From contig OZ250183.1 in the NCBI GenBank assembly GCA_965238225.1, positions 992,001 to 1,056,000 on the forward strand: a stretch of 64,000 nt of DNA. Reading direction: 5' to 3'. This document shows positions 51,885-61,625 of the stretch, one piece after another; the first letter of the stretch is position 1; each line of letters begins with the position of its first letter. The notes under the pieces were generated by a model. That model did not search any database. It saw nothing but the letters and a program-made list of their open reading frames with translations, and had not been told where the DNA came from. Source of the stretch: Gammaproteobacteria bacterium (lineage in GTDB: Bacteria; Pseudomonadota; Gammaproteobacteria; Eutrophobiales; Eutrophobiaceae). The position numbers and the translations under genes were made by a program.

Positions 51885-53912
51885 TTGTTTATTAAGATTA
51901 GTTTTATGAAGTCAGTCGATACCACCCTATCCAATATGTTTATGTGCGCAATGGTTTTATTTGAACGCCTTGCGCTGGTCTTTTTTCTTGCAGCTTTGTC
52001 TGCACAGGCGGCTCGAGCTGTTACGGTTGATACACTAACAACCAACGATACAACGCCAACAATCACCGGCACACTTGCGACAGGTGAGACACTAAACTCT
52101 GTAACGGTAAACGGTGTTGCTACCAATACACCTGTTGTTGATACCAGCGGAACCCCAACCACATGGCGTGCGCAAGTGGCAAGTGCGCTTGCTGAAGGCA
52201 CTTATCAAGTCATTGCAACAGTCGCTGATTCAGGAGGCAGTACACTGCAAGACACTACAACAAACGAACTAACGGTGGATACCACTCGCCCAAGCCTGTC
52301 ATCACGGGCACCCGATGGCGGCGAAGATTTTCCGGCAAATAGCAATGTTATTTTGGTGTTTGATGAGCCAGTGCGTACCGGTGCGGGTAATATCACCATT
52401 ACCGGAGCAGGCTCCAGTATACGCATTTCTGCAAATGATACATCCCAAGTCACAGGCAGCGGCACTGCTGACATTGTCATCAACCCAAGCAACGATCTTG
52501 ATCTGGGGCAAGGTTATGAGTTGAGCATTTCAACAACAGCCTTTACTGACCTTGCAGGTAATGCTTACGGCGGTGGCAGTGTTAATTTTACTGTAGTCGC
52601 GGCAACGTCCCCTCCTGACCCAGGGACTCCCGTCTCTAACACGGCAATTAATGAAGATATAGCGAGCCTTATTGAAACCCAAGCTGATATGGTAGTGCAG
52701 TGGGCGTATACCTCGATGAGCCCCATGACAGACCGTATGAGTTGGTTACGTCGCAACAGATGCAGCAAAGATATATCCCAGAAAGACATCAAGTACAGGT
52801 GTAGAAAAGAGCTATCTCATCAGGGTATTCGTCTTAATTTTGCAAACCCAGCACTGGATGCGCTCTTTAATGCACAGCTCAAAGAAAATAGTCGGTTTAC
52901 CCAAAAACGGTTTGCAGATATGGCAAAGACACTTAGCCATCATCATGGCAATTCCACAATAAATGAGCTCAAAAAAGAGCTGGGCAGGCACGCCATTAAT
53001 GAATTTGCTAAATTAAAGCGCGACACCTTAAATAAATATCTAGGCAAACATATTGCGCTAACACCGGCAATAGGCATCAGTGATACTTGGGCAATTTGGA
53101 CAGCAGGGAACGTCACTTTTGGTGATTTTGATAAAACGGGCACGACCTCCAAACAAAAGACACGCTCAAACAGCATTTCTTTTGGCGTAGATAGATACTT
53201 AGGCAATGATCACCTCTTAGGTCTTGCTGCAAGCCTGGGGACTATTGATGCCGATGTCAACGCTGCCAGCACTGCGGAAATAAAGTCAGACGCTTATAGC
53301 CTGTCAGTTTACAGTGCCTTTCAACAAGATAATAACGTCGCCATCGAGAGTATTGTGGGCATGGCTCGCATTGATGCGAATACTCAAAGACGCGACAGTA
53401 ACAATGTGTTGCTGACAGGCAGCCGTGATATAAAACAACTGTTTGCATCCTTAACCTTTAGGGGCAGCTTCCAACAGCAGGCAATGAATCTCTCTCCTTA
53501 TGGCAGGATGAGTGCCTCCTATACCCGATTAGACGGCTATGCGGAATCTGGTTCAGATGCTGCGCTTGTCTATGCACACCAAAGCATTAACGATGTAGCG
53601 CTATACACAGGGCTTGATATCGACTATCTAATCGCAATGCACAAGAGCACACTTAGACCCTATGCCCTTATAGAGTATGGTGCCAATTTAAACCTTGGCT
53701 CTGACGCTAATCTCTATTACCTTAGTGTGCCAGGCGAAACACCACGCACAATAGCGACAGATGATGACACGACACATAACTTGAAATTTGGTGTGGGGCT
53801 TGAATATCAAGCTCAAAACGGCGCTTATGGGTCGGTAACTTACAAGCGTACTGAGATTATAGACTCAGGTCATACAGATAGTTTTGACCTAGAGCTAGGC
53901 TTTGAGTTTTGA
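51885..53912 (+). CDS. Ig-like-repeat autotransporter-like adhesin 3 (short paralogue)
   Basis: First module near-identical to adhesins 1 and 2, one further Ig module, WLRR...SHQGI linker, barrel ending LGFEF; exact start uncertain. Confidence 0.82.
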   Translation: MFIKISFMKSVDTTLSNMFMCAMVLFERLALVFFLAALSAQAARAVTVDTLTTNDTTPTITGTLATGETLNSVTVNGVATNTPVVDTSGTPTTWRAQVASALAEGTYQVIATVADSGGSTLQDTTTNELTVDTTRPSLSSRAPDGGEDFPANSNVILVFDEPVRTGAGNITITGAGSSIRISANDTSQVTGSGTADIVINPSNDLDLGQGYELSISTTAFTDLAGNAYGGGSVNFTVVAATSPPDPGTPVSNTAINEDIASLIETQADMVVQWAYTSMSPMTDRMSWLRRNRCSKDISQKDIKYRCRKELSHQGIRLNFANPALDALFNAQLKENSRFTQKRFADMAKTLSHHHGNSTINELKKELGRHAINEFAKLKRDTLNKYLGKHIALTPAIGISDTWAIWTAGNVTFGDFDKTGTTSKQKTRSNSISFGVDRYLGNDHLLGLAASLGTIDADVNAASTAEIKSDAYSLSVYSAFQQDNNVAIESIVGMARIDANTQRRDSNNVLLTGSRDIKQLFASLTFRGSFQQQAMNLSPYGRMSASYTRLDGYAESGSDAALVYAHQSINDVALYTGLDIDYLIAMHKSTLRPYALIEYGANLNLGSDANLYYLSVPGETPRTIATDDDTTHNLKFGVGLEYQAQNGAYGSVTYKRTEIIDSGHTDSFDLELGFEF

Positions 53913-54117
53913 ATGTGCAGCTCAGGCCTTAGGTAAAGCGGCATTCACAGGCGGTCTATAGTCTTTTTAAGTTATTAAAGCTACAGGTTGGGGATGATTC
54001 TGGTGTTTATTTTTAAGGGGGTTGTATCACTTCTTTTTTGTGCACAGTCTCATATTCTTTAAAGGTCTCAGCGTGCCATACAGATGCCGCCCATCTTTAG
54101 TGCTGTAATTTAACCTC

Positions 54118-54603
54118 TTAACAGGCTGTCATGTTTTGCAGTTTTATATATTGCCTATACTCGGCAGGTATATTCCCTGTAACAGCACATGCCCATGATC
54201 CTGTACCATCAGGTCCAATTGTAATGAGCGCTCCTGCAAAGGGCCCTCCATTAATTTGGCAAGTTATTCGATTGGCGAATATAGTTTGAAATGCGCATGC
54301 GCCATCACTGCTTTGTGTCGTCATACCAATCCAGCCACGGTCATTTGGATCCCAACTCGGCGTTTGTCCTGAATTTTCTGCCAATTCAAATCCTCTCTTG
54401 GCATGCGTAAGCTCTGTCACAACGGTGGCTAATTGCGCCTTTTTGGTATAATTTTGATAGTTTGGCAATGCAATTGAGGATAAAATACCAATGATCGCAA
54501 CTACAATCATCAATTCAATCAAGGTGAAACCCTGTTGCTTGGTTTTCACTGGTTGCTTGGTTTTCACTAGTTGCTTGGTTCTCACTGGTTGCTTGGTTCT
54601 CAC
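54118..54603 (-). CDS. Type IVa pilin-like protein 2 with repeat-extended leader
   Basis: QQG|[23 protein letters not shown]; GAGG SD before GTG. Confidence 0.9.
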   Translation of the reverse strand: MRTKQPVRTKQLVKTKQPVKTKQQGFTLIELMIVVAIIGILSSIALPNYQNYTKKAQLATVVTELTHAKRGFELAENSGQTPSWDPNDRGWIGMTTQSSDGACAFQTIFANRITCQINGGPFAGALITIGPDGTGSWACAVTGNIPAEYRQYIKLQNMTAC

Positions 54604-54604
54604 T
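54535..54604 (-). repeat. 18-bp in-frame tandem repeat (~4 copies) in the prepilin leader
   Basis: GTGA(G/A)AACCAAGCAAC(C/T)A units encoding V(R/K)TKQ(P/L). Confidence 0.9.
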
Positions 54605-54783
54605 AATTTAACCTCTCATCTACATTAATATATATTTTAATTTAATGTTTTAATATTAACATATCAATTTGTTTTTTTTAAGTTATTGTAGATGCATGTA
54701 GAGACAAAGACTGTATGATCAACAGTCTCAGTGCCACCACAACGCAGACTTTGCCGGTCTTCAGCACCATAAACTAACCTTAA

Positions 54784-54812
54784 ATTATAGTGCCCGCCAA
54801 AGGAAACAGCAA
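54784..54812 (-). promoter_or_regulatory. Sigma70-type promoter of pilin 2
   Basis: TTGCTG-N17-TATAAT on the minus strand. Confidence 0.5.
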
Positions 54813-54837
54813 CACAACAGACTAAGGCAGCCTGAAT

Positions 54838-54867
54838 AAAAAAAAGGGATCTGTATAAGATCCCTTT
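54838..54867 (-). terminator. Intrinsic terminator of RTX gene 1
   Basis: Minus strand AAGGGATC-TTATACA-GATCCCTT followed by a T run. Confidence 0.8.
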
Positions 54868-54919
54868 ATTGTATAACTTAAAGCTTTATTTCACTTAAGA
54901 ATCCAGTGTGATTGCACTA

Positions 54920-56197
54920 TTACGCAGCAGCAGCACCGTCTTGCCAAATAGTATCCACTAAGTTTGGAGATGCTTCGGTAAATCCTTGCGCTATAACACT
55001 GCCTGCACCAAGCGGTACATCATAAGCTGCCATGGCTTGAACCAATATGCCGACCCCTTCTCTTGATAATGTTAAGAGTGAGTCAGGCGCTCCGCCTACT
55101 CCGTCTATATTGGTTTCGATACTGTCTAGTTTGAAAACATCATTTGCGTACCAGCGCTTGACCGTCACTTGATCATCGGTGCCAACAATGGTGATCAGTA
55201 AATCTGTATTATTTTTGCTAAACCATAGGTCTTCTATTGATACATTGTCATATTTCAATTTATCTTCACTGGTTGAGCCTGCATCATAATTATTAATGAT
55301 TGCACTATCGTCACCTCGGGAGAACAGATAAGTATCGTTACCCCTGCCTCCAGACAAGGTATCCGTACCAGCACCACCGCTTAGGGTGTCATTGCCGTTA
55401 CCGCCATTCAAGGTATCGTTACCAGCACCTCCACTCAAGGTGTCATCATCGTTACCGCCATATAGGGTATCGTTGCCGTCACCGCCATTTAAGATATCGT
55501 TGCCGTTACCGCCATACAGGATATCGTTGCCGTCACCGCCATTCAAGGTATCATTGCCGTTTTGTCCATAAAGGGTATCGTCACCCGCACCACCGCTTAG
55601 GGTGTCATCATCGTTACCGCCATACAGGGTATCGTTACCCGTACCGCCATTTAAGATATCGTTGCCGTTACCGCCATACAGGATATCGTTGCCGTCATCG
55701 CCATTTAAGGTGTCAGCGCCGTTTTGTCCATACAGCTTATCGTCACCCGCGCCGCCATTTAAGGTGTCATCGTGGTTACCGCCATACAGCTTACTATCGT
55801 TACCCGCACCGCCATGAAGCGTATCATTGTCGTTACCGCCATAAAGCTCATCGTTACCGTCATCGCCATGAAGCGTATCATCGCCGTTTTGTCCATACAG
55901 CTTATCGTTGCCCGTATCGCCTTCAAGCGTATCGTCGCCGTTACCGCCATAAAGGGTATCGTTACCGTCACCTAAGCCTACTAAGCCATTGTTGCCGTCA
56001 CCTCCCTGCAAGTTATCGTTACCATCACCGCCATACAGGGTATCGTCACCGCCATTTCCCACCAATAAATCTGCACCTTGACGCCCATACAAGCCATCGT
56101 TACCCGTACCGCCACTTAAGATATCACCTGCATCACTTCCATACACATCCTCGCCATCATCGTGGGCGGCTTGAAAAACTGCTTGTTGGTGTGCCAT
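54920..56197 (-). CDS. RTX (GGxGxDxLx) calcium-binding repeat protein 1
   Basis: About 30 nonapeptides, then a DLWFSK...[18 protein letters not shown] domain typical of RTX C-termini; GGAGGA SD favours the ATG at 56197. Confidence 0.9.
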   Translation of the reverse strand: MAHQQAVFQAAHDDGEDVYGSDAGDILSGGTGNDGLYGRQGADLLVGNGGDDTLYGGDGNDNLQGGDGNNGLVGLGDGNDTLYGGNGDDTLEGDTGNDKLYGQNGDDTLHGDDGNDELYGGNDNDTLHGGAGNDSKLYGGNHDDTLNGGAGDDKLYGQNGADTLNGDDGNDILYGGNGNDILNGGTGNDTLYGGNDDDTLSGGAGDDTLYGQNGNDTLNGGDGNDILYGGNGNDILNGGDGNDTLYGGNDDDTLSGGAGNDTLNGGNGNDTLSGGAGTDTLSGGRGNDTYLFSRGDDSAIINNYDAGSTSEDKLKYDNVSIEDLWFSKNNTDLLITIVGTDDQVTVKRWYANDVFKLDSIETNIDGVGGAPDSLLTLSREGVGILVQAMAAYDVPLGAGSVIAQGFTEASPNLVDTIWQDGAAAA

Positions 56198-56544
56198 CAA
56201 TAAATCCTCCAATATTATTACGTTTTAATTATTACGTTTTAAAATAAATTTTTGTTAAGCTTGCTATCTTTTTTAATACTTAATTCTTTCAAATCTTAAT
56301 CTTAAAGTAAGTCGATAATCCAGTGAGTTGATAATCTTAAAGTCTGCATCTTTGGTTGCCATTTAAAGCATTTTTAAGAAAAAATCCCGCAATGTATAAG
56401 GCGGAAGATACCCTAAAAAATCATTATATGAAAGTAGAAAATACACCTAAAACCCCTTAAGCTTTGACGTATGATCAAAGATTGGTGCAAAAGTTTCACA
56501 CTGATTTCGGTTATGCTAAACCTGAATTATACCCGTGGTGCTTA

Positions 56545-56619
56545 GTAATGAAATGGTAATGAAATGGTAATGAAATGGTAATGAAATGGTAATGAAATGG
56601 TAATGAAATGGTAATGAAA
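56545..56619. repeat. 11-bp tandem repeat GTAATGAAATG, 6 copies plus a partial copy, upstream of RTX gene 1
   Basis: Read directly; the paralogous site near 58320 has only about 1.5 diverged units. Confidence 0.95.
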
Positions 56620-56718
56620 AGATTAAAGTTGCTCATTTTTATACAGTGAATACCCATACAGTGAATACCATTATTTTTTCATCAAAAAAGCCAATTACAT
56701 TAGACTAAGGCAACCTGA

Positions 56719-56749
56719 ATAAAAAAAGGGATCTACACAAGATCCCCTT
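56719..56749 (-). terminator. Intrinsic terminator of RTX gene 2
   Basis: Minus strand GGGATC-TTGTGTA-GATCCC followed by a T run; paralogous to 54838-54867. Confidence 0.78.
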
Positions 56750-56804
56750 CATATATATAACTTAAACCTTTAATTTCACTTAAGAATCCAGTGTGATTGC
56801 ACTA

Positions 56805-58169
56805 TTACGCAGCAGCAGCACCGTCTTGCCAAGTATTATCCACTAAGTTTGGAGATGCTTCAGTAAATCCTTGCGCTATAACACTGCCTGCACCAAGCGG
56901 TACATCATAAGTTGCCATGGCTTGAACCAATGTGTCGACCCCGTCTCTTGATAATGATAAGAGTAAGTCAGGCGCTCCGCCTACTCCGTCTATATTGGTT
57001 TCGATACTGTCTAGCTTGAGAACATCATCTGAGTACCAGCGCTTGACCGTCACTTGATCATCGGTGCCAACAATGGTGATCAGTAAATCTGTATTATTTT
57101 TGCTAAACCATAAGTCTCGTGCGTCTACAGCCTGAAATAGTAATTTATCTTCACTCGCTGGGCCTATATCATAATTATTAATGATTGCACTATCGTCACC
57201 TCGGGAGAACAGATAAGTATCGTTACCCCTGCCTCCAGACAAAGTATCGTTACCAGCACCACCGCTTAGGGTGTCATTGCCGTTTTGTCCATAAAGGGTA
57301 TCGTTACCAGCACCACCGCTTAGGGTGTCATTGTCGTTACCGCCATACAGGGTATCGTTACCCGTACCGCCATTTAAGGTATCGTTGCCGTTACCGCCAT
57401 ACAGCTTATCGTTGCCGTTACCTCCATTCAAGGTATCGTTACCGTTTTGTCCATACAGCTTATCGTCACCCGCATTGCCGCTTAGGGTGTCATCGTCATT
57501 GCCGCCATACAGCTTATCGTTGCCGTTACCTCCGTTTAAGATATCGTTACCGTTACCGCCATAAAGCTCATCGTTGCCGCTATCTCCATTCAAGGTATCA
57601 TCGCCGTTTTGTCCATACAGCTTGTCGTCACCCACGCCGCCTGCAAGCACATCATTGCCGTTGCCTCCATACAGTTTGTCGTTACCGGTACCGCCTTTAA
57701 GCGCATCATCACCGTTATCTCCGCTTAAGGTATCATTGCCTGTCCAGCCGCTTAGGGTATCGTCACCGTCACCTCCGATTAAATAATCGTTACCGTTACC
57801 TCCCTCTAGGGTATCGCCACCCGTACCGCCGTCTAAAATGTCGTGACCGTTACCGCCATACAGCTTATCGTCACCGTTACCTCCATTTAAGGTATTGTTA
57901 CCCTTCCAGCCATACAGCTTATCGTTACCGTCACCTCCATTTAAGGTATCGTCACCACCGCCTCCCCACAACCTATCGTTACCGTCATCTCCATTTAAGG
58001 TATTGTTACCGTTAACTCCATTTAAGTAATCGTCACCGTCACCTCCATTTAAATAATCGTTACCGTTACCTCCGATTAAATAATCGTTACCGCCAAGTCC
58101 ATACAAGGACTCGCCGTTATTATTGGCAACGAGAAAGTCAAATCCATTACTGCCTATTTGTGTAGTCAT
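56805..58169 (-). CDS. RTX calcium-binding repeat protein 2 (tandem paralogue)
   Basis: More than 30 nonapeptides; C-terminal ~130 aa highly similar to RTX 1; GGAGGA SD before the ATG at 58169. Confidence 0.9.
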   Translation of the reverse strand: MTTQIGSNGFDFLVANNNGESLYGLGGNDYLIGGNGNDYLNGGDGDDYLNGVNGNNTLNGDDGNDRLWGGGGDDTLNGGDGNDKLYGWKGNNTLNGGNGDDKLYGGNGHDILDGGTGGDTLEGGNGNDYLIGGDGDDTLSGWTGNDTLSGDNGDDALKGGTGNDKLYGGNGNDVLAGGVGDDKLYGQNGDDTLNGDSGNDELYGGNGNDILNGGNGNDKLYGGNDDDTLSGNAGDDKLYGQNGNDTLNGGNGNDKLYGGNGNDTLNGGTGNDTLYGGNDNDTLSGGAGNDTLYGQNGNDTLSGGAGNDTLSGGRGNDTYLFSRGDDSAIINNYDIGPASEDKLLFQAVDARDLWFSKNNTDLLITIVGTDDQVTVKRWYSDDVLKLDSIETNIDGVGGAPDLLLSLSRDGVDTLVQAMATYDVPLGAGSVIAQGFTEASPNLVDNTWQDGAAAA

Positions 58170-58244
58170 CAATTAAATCCTCCAGTTATTATATATTTGT
58201 GTATTAGCTATAAGAAACGTACAAATCCCCTAACCATTAGACGT

Positions 58245-58272
58245 TATGACCAAAGATTGGTGCAAAAGTTCC
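58245..58272 (-). promoter_or_regulatory. Putative ECF (sigmaE-like) promoter of RTX gene 2, with a second copy at 56470-56497
   Basis: GGAACTT-N16-TCATA (copy: GAAACTT-N16-TCATA) inside a ~120-bp block conserved upstream of both RTX genes. Confidence 0.4.
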
Positions 58273-58473
58273 ATACTAGTTTCGGTTATGCTAAACCTGA
58301 ATTATACCCATGGTGCTTAGCAATGAAATGGTAATAAAAAAATTAAAGTTGCTCATTCAAATTCTCTTAGGGAGTATGTATACAGCTGAAAGCGATGGCA
58401 ACAACTATTAACAAACTTAAGAAGTGTGGTCGTCTAAATGCACTGCGGGTAACCTTAACTAAGACTTAAGTCT

Positions 58474-58920
58474 TTACTCGGGGCAGGCTGTCATATTACC
58501 TAGCTTTATATATTTCTTATACTTAGGAGGTAAAGATGCAGACATACATGTCCAAGTCGAAGATGTAGACCTGGAGCCGATTATAATGAACGTTCTTGCA
58601 AAGTGTCCTCTGTTAATCAGGCAAACTATTACATCGGATGTGTCGGATTGTATATCATAAAACCTGCATGCGCCATCACTGCTTTGTTCAACCATACCAA
58701 TCCAGCCTGAGTCGTTTGGATCCCAACTCGGCGTTTGTCCCGAATTTGTTGCCAATTCAAACCCTCTCTTGGCATGCTCAAGCTCTGCCACAACGGCGGC
58801 TAATTGCGCCTTTCTGGTATAATTTTGATAGGTCGGCAGCGCAATTGTAAACAAAACGCCAATAATTGTGACTACAATCATCAATTCAATCAAGGTAAAG
58901 CCCTGTTGTTTGTTGTTCAT
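58474..58920 (-). CDS. Type IVa pilin-like protein 3
   Basis: MNNKQQG|[17 protein letters not shown]; shares [23 protein letters not shown] and YIKL.NMTAC with pilin 2. Confidence 0.9.
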   Translation of the reverse strand: MNNKQQGFTLIELMIVVTIIGVLFTIALPTYQNYTRKAQLAAVVAELEHAKRGFELATNSGQTPSWDPNDSGWIGMVEQSSDGACRFYDIQSDTSDVIVCLINRGHFARTFIIIGSRSTSSTWTCMSASLPPKYKKYIKLGNMTACPE

Positions 58921-59223
58921 GCTGTAACTGCCGCGCATTTATACCAACGCATCATTATATCACCATCATTGTGATCTACAACATTTTCCGTCAAACTCTA
59001 TTATATTTCAGTTAATTTAGATGACTCATTATAACCGATACTGTGTTTATAACACATACCTCAATAGAAAAATCAGCCGAATAGAACAGCTTTTATAGTT
59101 GCCTGCACAAAAGACATCTTACAAAATATTAAAAGAGCAATTATAATGATGATTCTTAAAATTAATGTGTCGTAGGTCATGTGTATGTTAAAAATAGACA
59201 TACGTCTGGGGTAAAAAACGAAT

Positions 59224-60393
59224 ATGAATCTGCACGAATATCAGGCCAAACATTTATTATCAGAATACGATATCGCTATCCCGTTCGGGAAACCAGCGCA
59301 GACTGTTCCTGAGGCATTGTCACATGCTAAATCAATAAAGGGCAATGGTTGGATCGTTAAAGCTCAGATTCATGCTGGAGGCAGAGGCAAAGGAGGTGGC
59401 GTAAAATTTGTTCGTGATTTAAAAGAATTAGAATACACCTCAAAACAATTACTCGGTTCAAAACTGATTACAAAACAGACAGATGCAGAAGGGCAGCCCG
59501 TTAATTGTGTTTTAATTCAAGAACCAATTGAAATAAAGAAAGAGCTTTATTTAAGTTTACTGCTTGACCGTTGCAAGGAACGTATTAGCATTATCGCATC
59601 ATTAGAGGGTGGTGCGGATATTGAAGAAGTCGCCGCATCTTCCCCAGAAAAGATAAAAACGATTCACGTAGATCCGCTTTTAGGTCCGCAGCCTTTTCAG
59701 TATCAGCTGCTTTGCGGAATTTTAGAGCTTGTTAAGGAACAAAAGAAACAATTTTCGCAAATAGTTGACCAACTCTACCAAATGTTTATTGATAAAGATT
59801 TAAGTCTAATCGAAATCAATCCGCTCGTTATTGACGATAAAGATAATTTATTGGCATTGGATGCTAAAATCAGCGTTGATGACAATGCTTTGCCTCGGCA
59901 AACTACACTGGCAGAATGCTTTGACGCATCACAAGAAAATGAACAAGAAATTGAAGCGAGACGTTATGACCTCAATTACATTAAATTAGGCGGTGATATA
60001 GCTTGCATGGTAAATGGCGCAGGCTTGGCTATGGCAACAATGGACATTATCAAATTGTATGGAGGAGAACCGGCTAATTTTCTTGATGTAGGCGGTGGGA
60101 CTGATGCCGATAAAGTCAAAAAAGCCTTTAAAATCATTTCTTCGACACCTGATTTGAAGGCAATCCTGATTAATATCTTTGGCGGCATTGTCCGTTGCGA
60201 TCTGGTCGCAACCGGCATTATTAATGCTGTTAAGGATATCGGTATTCATGTGCCTATTGTGGTTCGTTTAGAAGGCACTTATTCTGGAGAAGCAAAAAAA
60301 ATATTGCATGACAGCGGATTAAAGATCATTGCGGCCAACGACCTTGCTGATGCCGCAGAAAAAGTGGTTGCCGCTTCTCAAGGGAAATCTTAA
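59224..60393 (+). CDS. sucC: Succinyl-CoA synthetase beta subunit
   Basis: [44 protein letters not shown]. Confidence 0.98.
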   Translation: MNLHEYQAKHLLSEYDIAIPFGKPAQTVPEALSHAKSIKGNGWIVKAQIHAGGRGKGGGVKFVRDLKELEYTSKQLLGSKLITKQTDAEGQPVNCVLIQEPIEIKKELYLSLLLDRCKERISIIASLEGGADIEEVAASSPEKIKTIHVDPLLGPQPFQYQLLCGILELVKEQKKQFSQIVDQLYQMFIDKDLSLIEINPLVIDDKDNLLALDAKISVDDNALPRQTTLAECFDASQENEQEIEARRYDLNYIKLGGDIACMVNGAGLAMATMDIIKLYGGEPANFLDVGGGTDADKVKKAFKIISSTPDLKAILINIFGGIVRCDLVATGIINAVKDIGIHVPIVVRLEGTYSGEAKKILHDSGLKIIAANDLADAAEKVVAASQGKS

Positions 60394-61271
60394 TGGCAAT
60401 TTTAATAAACAAACAAACTAAAGTTATATGTCAAGGTTTTACGGGCAAACAAGGCACTTTTCATTCACAACAAGCACTGGATTACGGAACACAATTAGTC
60501 GGCGGTATTACACCCGGTAAAGGCGGTGAAAGGCATCTTAATTTACCGGTTTTTAATACCGTTTATGAAGCTATGGAAAAAACAAATGCCGATGCCAGCA
60601 TGATCCTTGTGCCACCGCTTTTTGCGGCAACTGCTATTTTCGAAGCAGCAGATGCTGGAATTCTACTCATTGTTTGTATCACAGAAGGTATACCAGTTTT
60701 GGATATGTTAAAGATAAAGACCAGTCTAAAACAATACCCAGATACCAGATTGGTCGGCCCTAATTGTCCTGGCGTTATTACACCGGGCGAATGCAAGATA
60801 GGTATTATGCCTGGAAGTATACATTTGCCAGGAAAAATTGGTGTTGTTTCACGTTCTGGCACGCTGACCTATGAAGCTGTACATCAAACGACACAATTAG
60901 GTTTAGGGCAGAGCACTTGTGTCGGTATTGGCGGCGATCCTATTTACGGGATGAACTTCATTGATTGTTTAAAATTGTTTAATGATGATCCTGCGACTGA
61001 AGGCATCATCATGGTCGGTGAGATTGGCGGTACGGCTGAAGAAGAGGCCGCCCACTATATTAAAGCACACGTCAAAAAACCCGTTGTCAGTTATATAGCG
61101 GGAGTAACCGCACCTCCGGGTAAGCGCATGGGACACGCGGGCGCTATTATTGCAGGCGGGAAGGGGACAGCTCAGGATAAATATGCTGCACTTGAAGCTG
61201 CTGGTGTCAGTATTGTTTCTTCGCCTGCTGATATGGGAATGCAAATAAATAAATTATTAAAGAGCGCCTGA
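60393..61271 (+). CDS. sucD: Succinyl-CoA synthetase alpha subunit
   Basis: [33 protein letters not shown]. Confidence 0.98.
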   Translation: MAILINKQTKVICQGFTGKQGTFHSQQALDYGTQLVGGITPGKGGERHLNLPVFNTVYEAMEKTNADASMILVPPLFAATAIFEAADAGILLIVCITEGIPVLDMLKIKTSLKQYPDTRLVGPNCPGVITPGECKIGIMPGSIHLPGKIGVVSRSGTLTYEAVHQTTQLGLGQSTCVGIGGDPIYGMNFIDCLKLFNDDPATEGIIMVGEIGGTAEEEAAHYIKAHVKKPVVSYIAGVTAPPGKRMGHAGAIIAGGKGTAQDKYAALEAAGVSIVSSPADMGMQINKLLKSA

Positions 61272-61390
61272 TTTTATTCTTAAATGCTCGTAATAAAGCA
61301 AATATACCAGTGAATATACCAAGGGTTTAATTTTTACGGAATTTCCTAGTTTAAGGTGTTAATGCGGAAGATTATATTTTTTACTAAGAT

Positions 61391-61490
61391 TCATTCAAAT
61401 CTCTTCCAATTTGGTGAAGGCCTCATTAAAGCAATGACTGCGGCAAGATGTTCTTTCAGTAGAGGGTGACCATAATTAGTATGATGACTA
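61391..61490 (-). pseudogene. Relic resembling the C-terminus of a P63C-domain (phage-associated) protein
   Basis: Minus frame reads HTNYGHPLLKEHLAAVIALMRPSPNWKRFE*; similarity is from recall of the family consensus, not from a search. Confidence 0.5.
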
Positions 61491-61530
61491 ATAAGCTTGG
61501 TGTTCTTGGTTTTTTGCCACTTCCTCTGTT

Positions 61531-61558
61531 ATTTAACATAATATACATTATGCGCATA
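61531..61558 (-). other. dif: Chromosomal dif site (XerC/XerD dimer resolution)
   Basis: Minus strand TATGCGCATAA-TGTATA-TTATGTTAAAT, 26/28 identical to E. coli dif; flanking housekeeping genes converge here. Confidence 0.93.
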
Positions 61559-61625
61559 TATTATTAGAAAATATTATCAAATCAGAGTTTTTGAAAATGC
61601 CAGACACCTTAAATGTGGCAGCTCT

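Noticed and set aside
38273-53448. Numerous minus-strand ORFs inside the adhesin genes
   Set aside because: Antisense frames kept open by the Thr/Ala-rich codon bias; they recur wherever the sense modules repeat
54722-54737. Sigma54 promoter for pilin 2 (TGGCACTGAGACTGTT, minus strand)
   Set aside because: The -12 dinucleotide is GT rather than GC, and a good sigma70-type promoter lies just upstream
56545-56619. Short regular repeats (also 41889-41960 and 61626-61787) as a CRISPR array
   Set aside because: Head-to-tail repeats with no unique spacers, and no cas genes in the window
55300-57700. Long His/Arg/Tyr/Cys-rich plus-strand ORFs (55300-56247, 57185-57700) and Pro/Ser-rich ORFs
   Set aside because: Antisense shadows of the RTX nonapeptide DNA repeats; no SD, and composition is explained by the opposite strand
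50745-59200. Classical tRNA-Leu-integrated genomic island or integron cassette array
   Set aside because: No integrase, no duplicated tRNA 3' end seen, no attC-like sites recognised; the genes have their own promoters and mixed orientation
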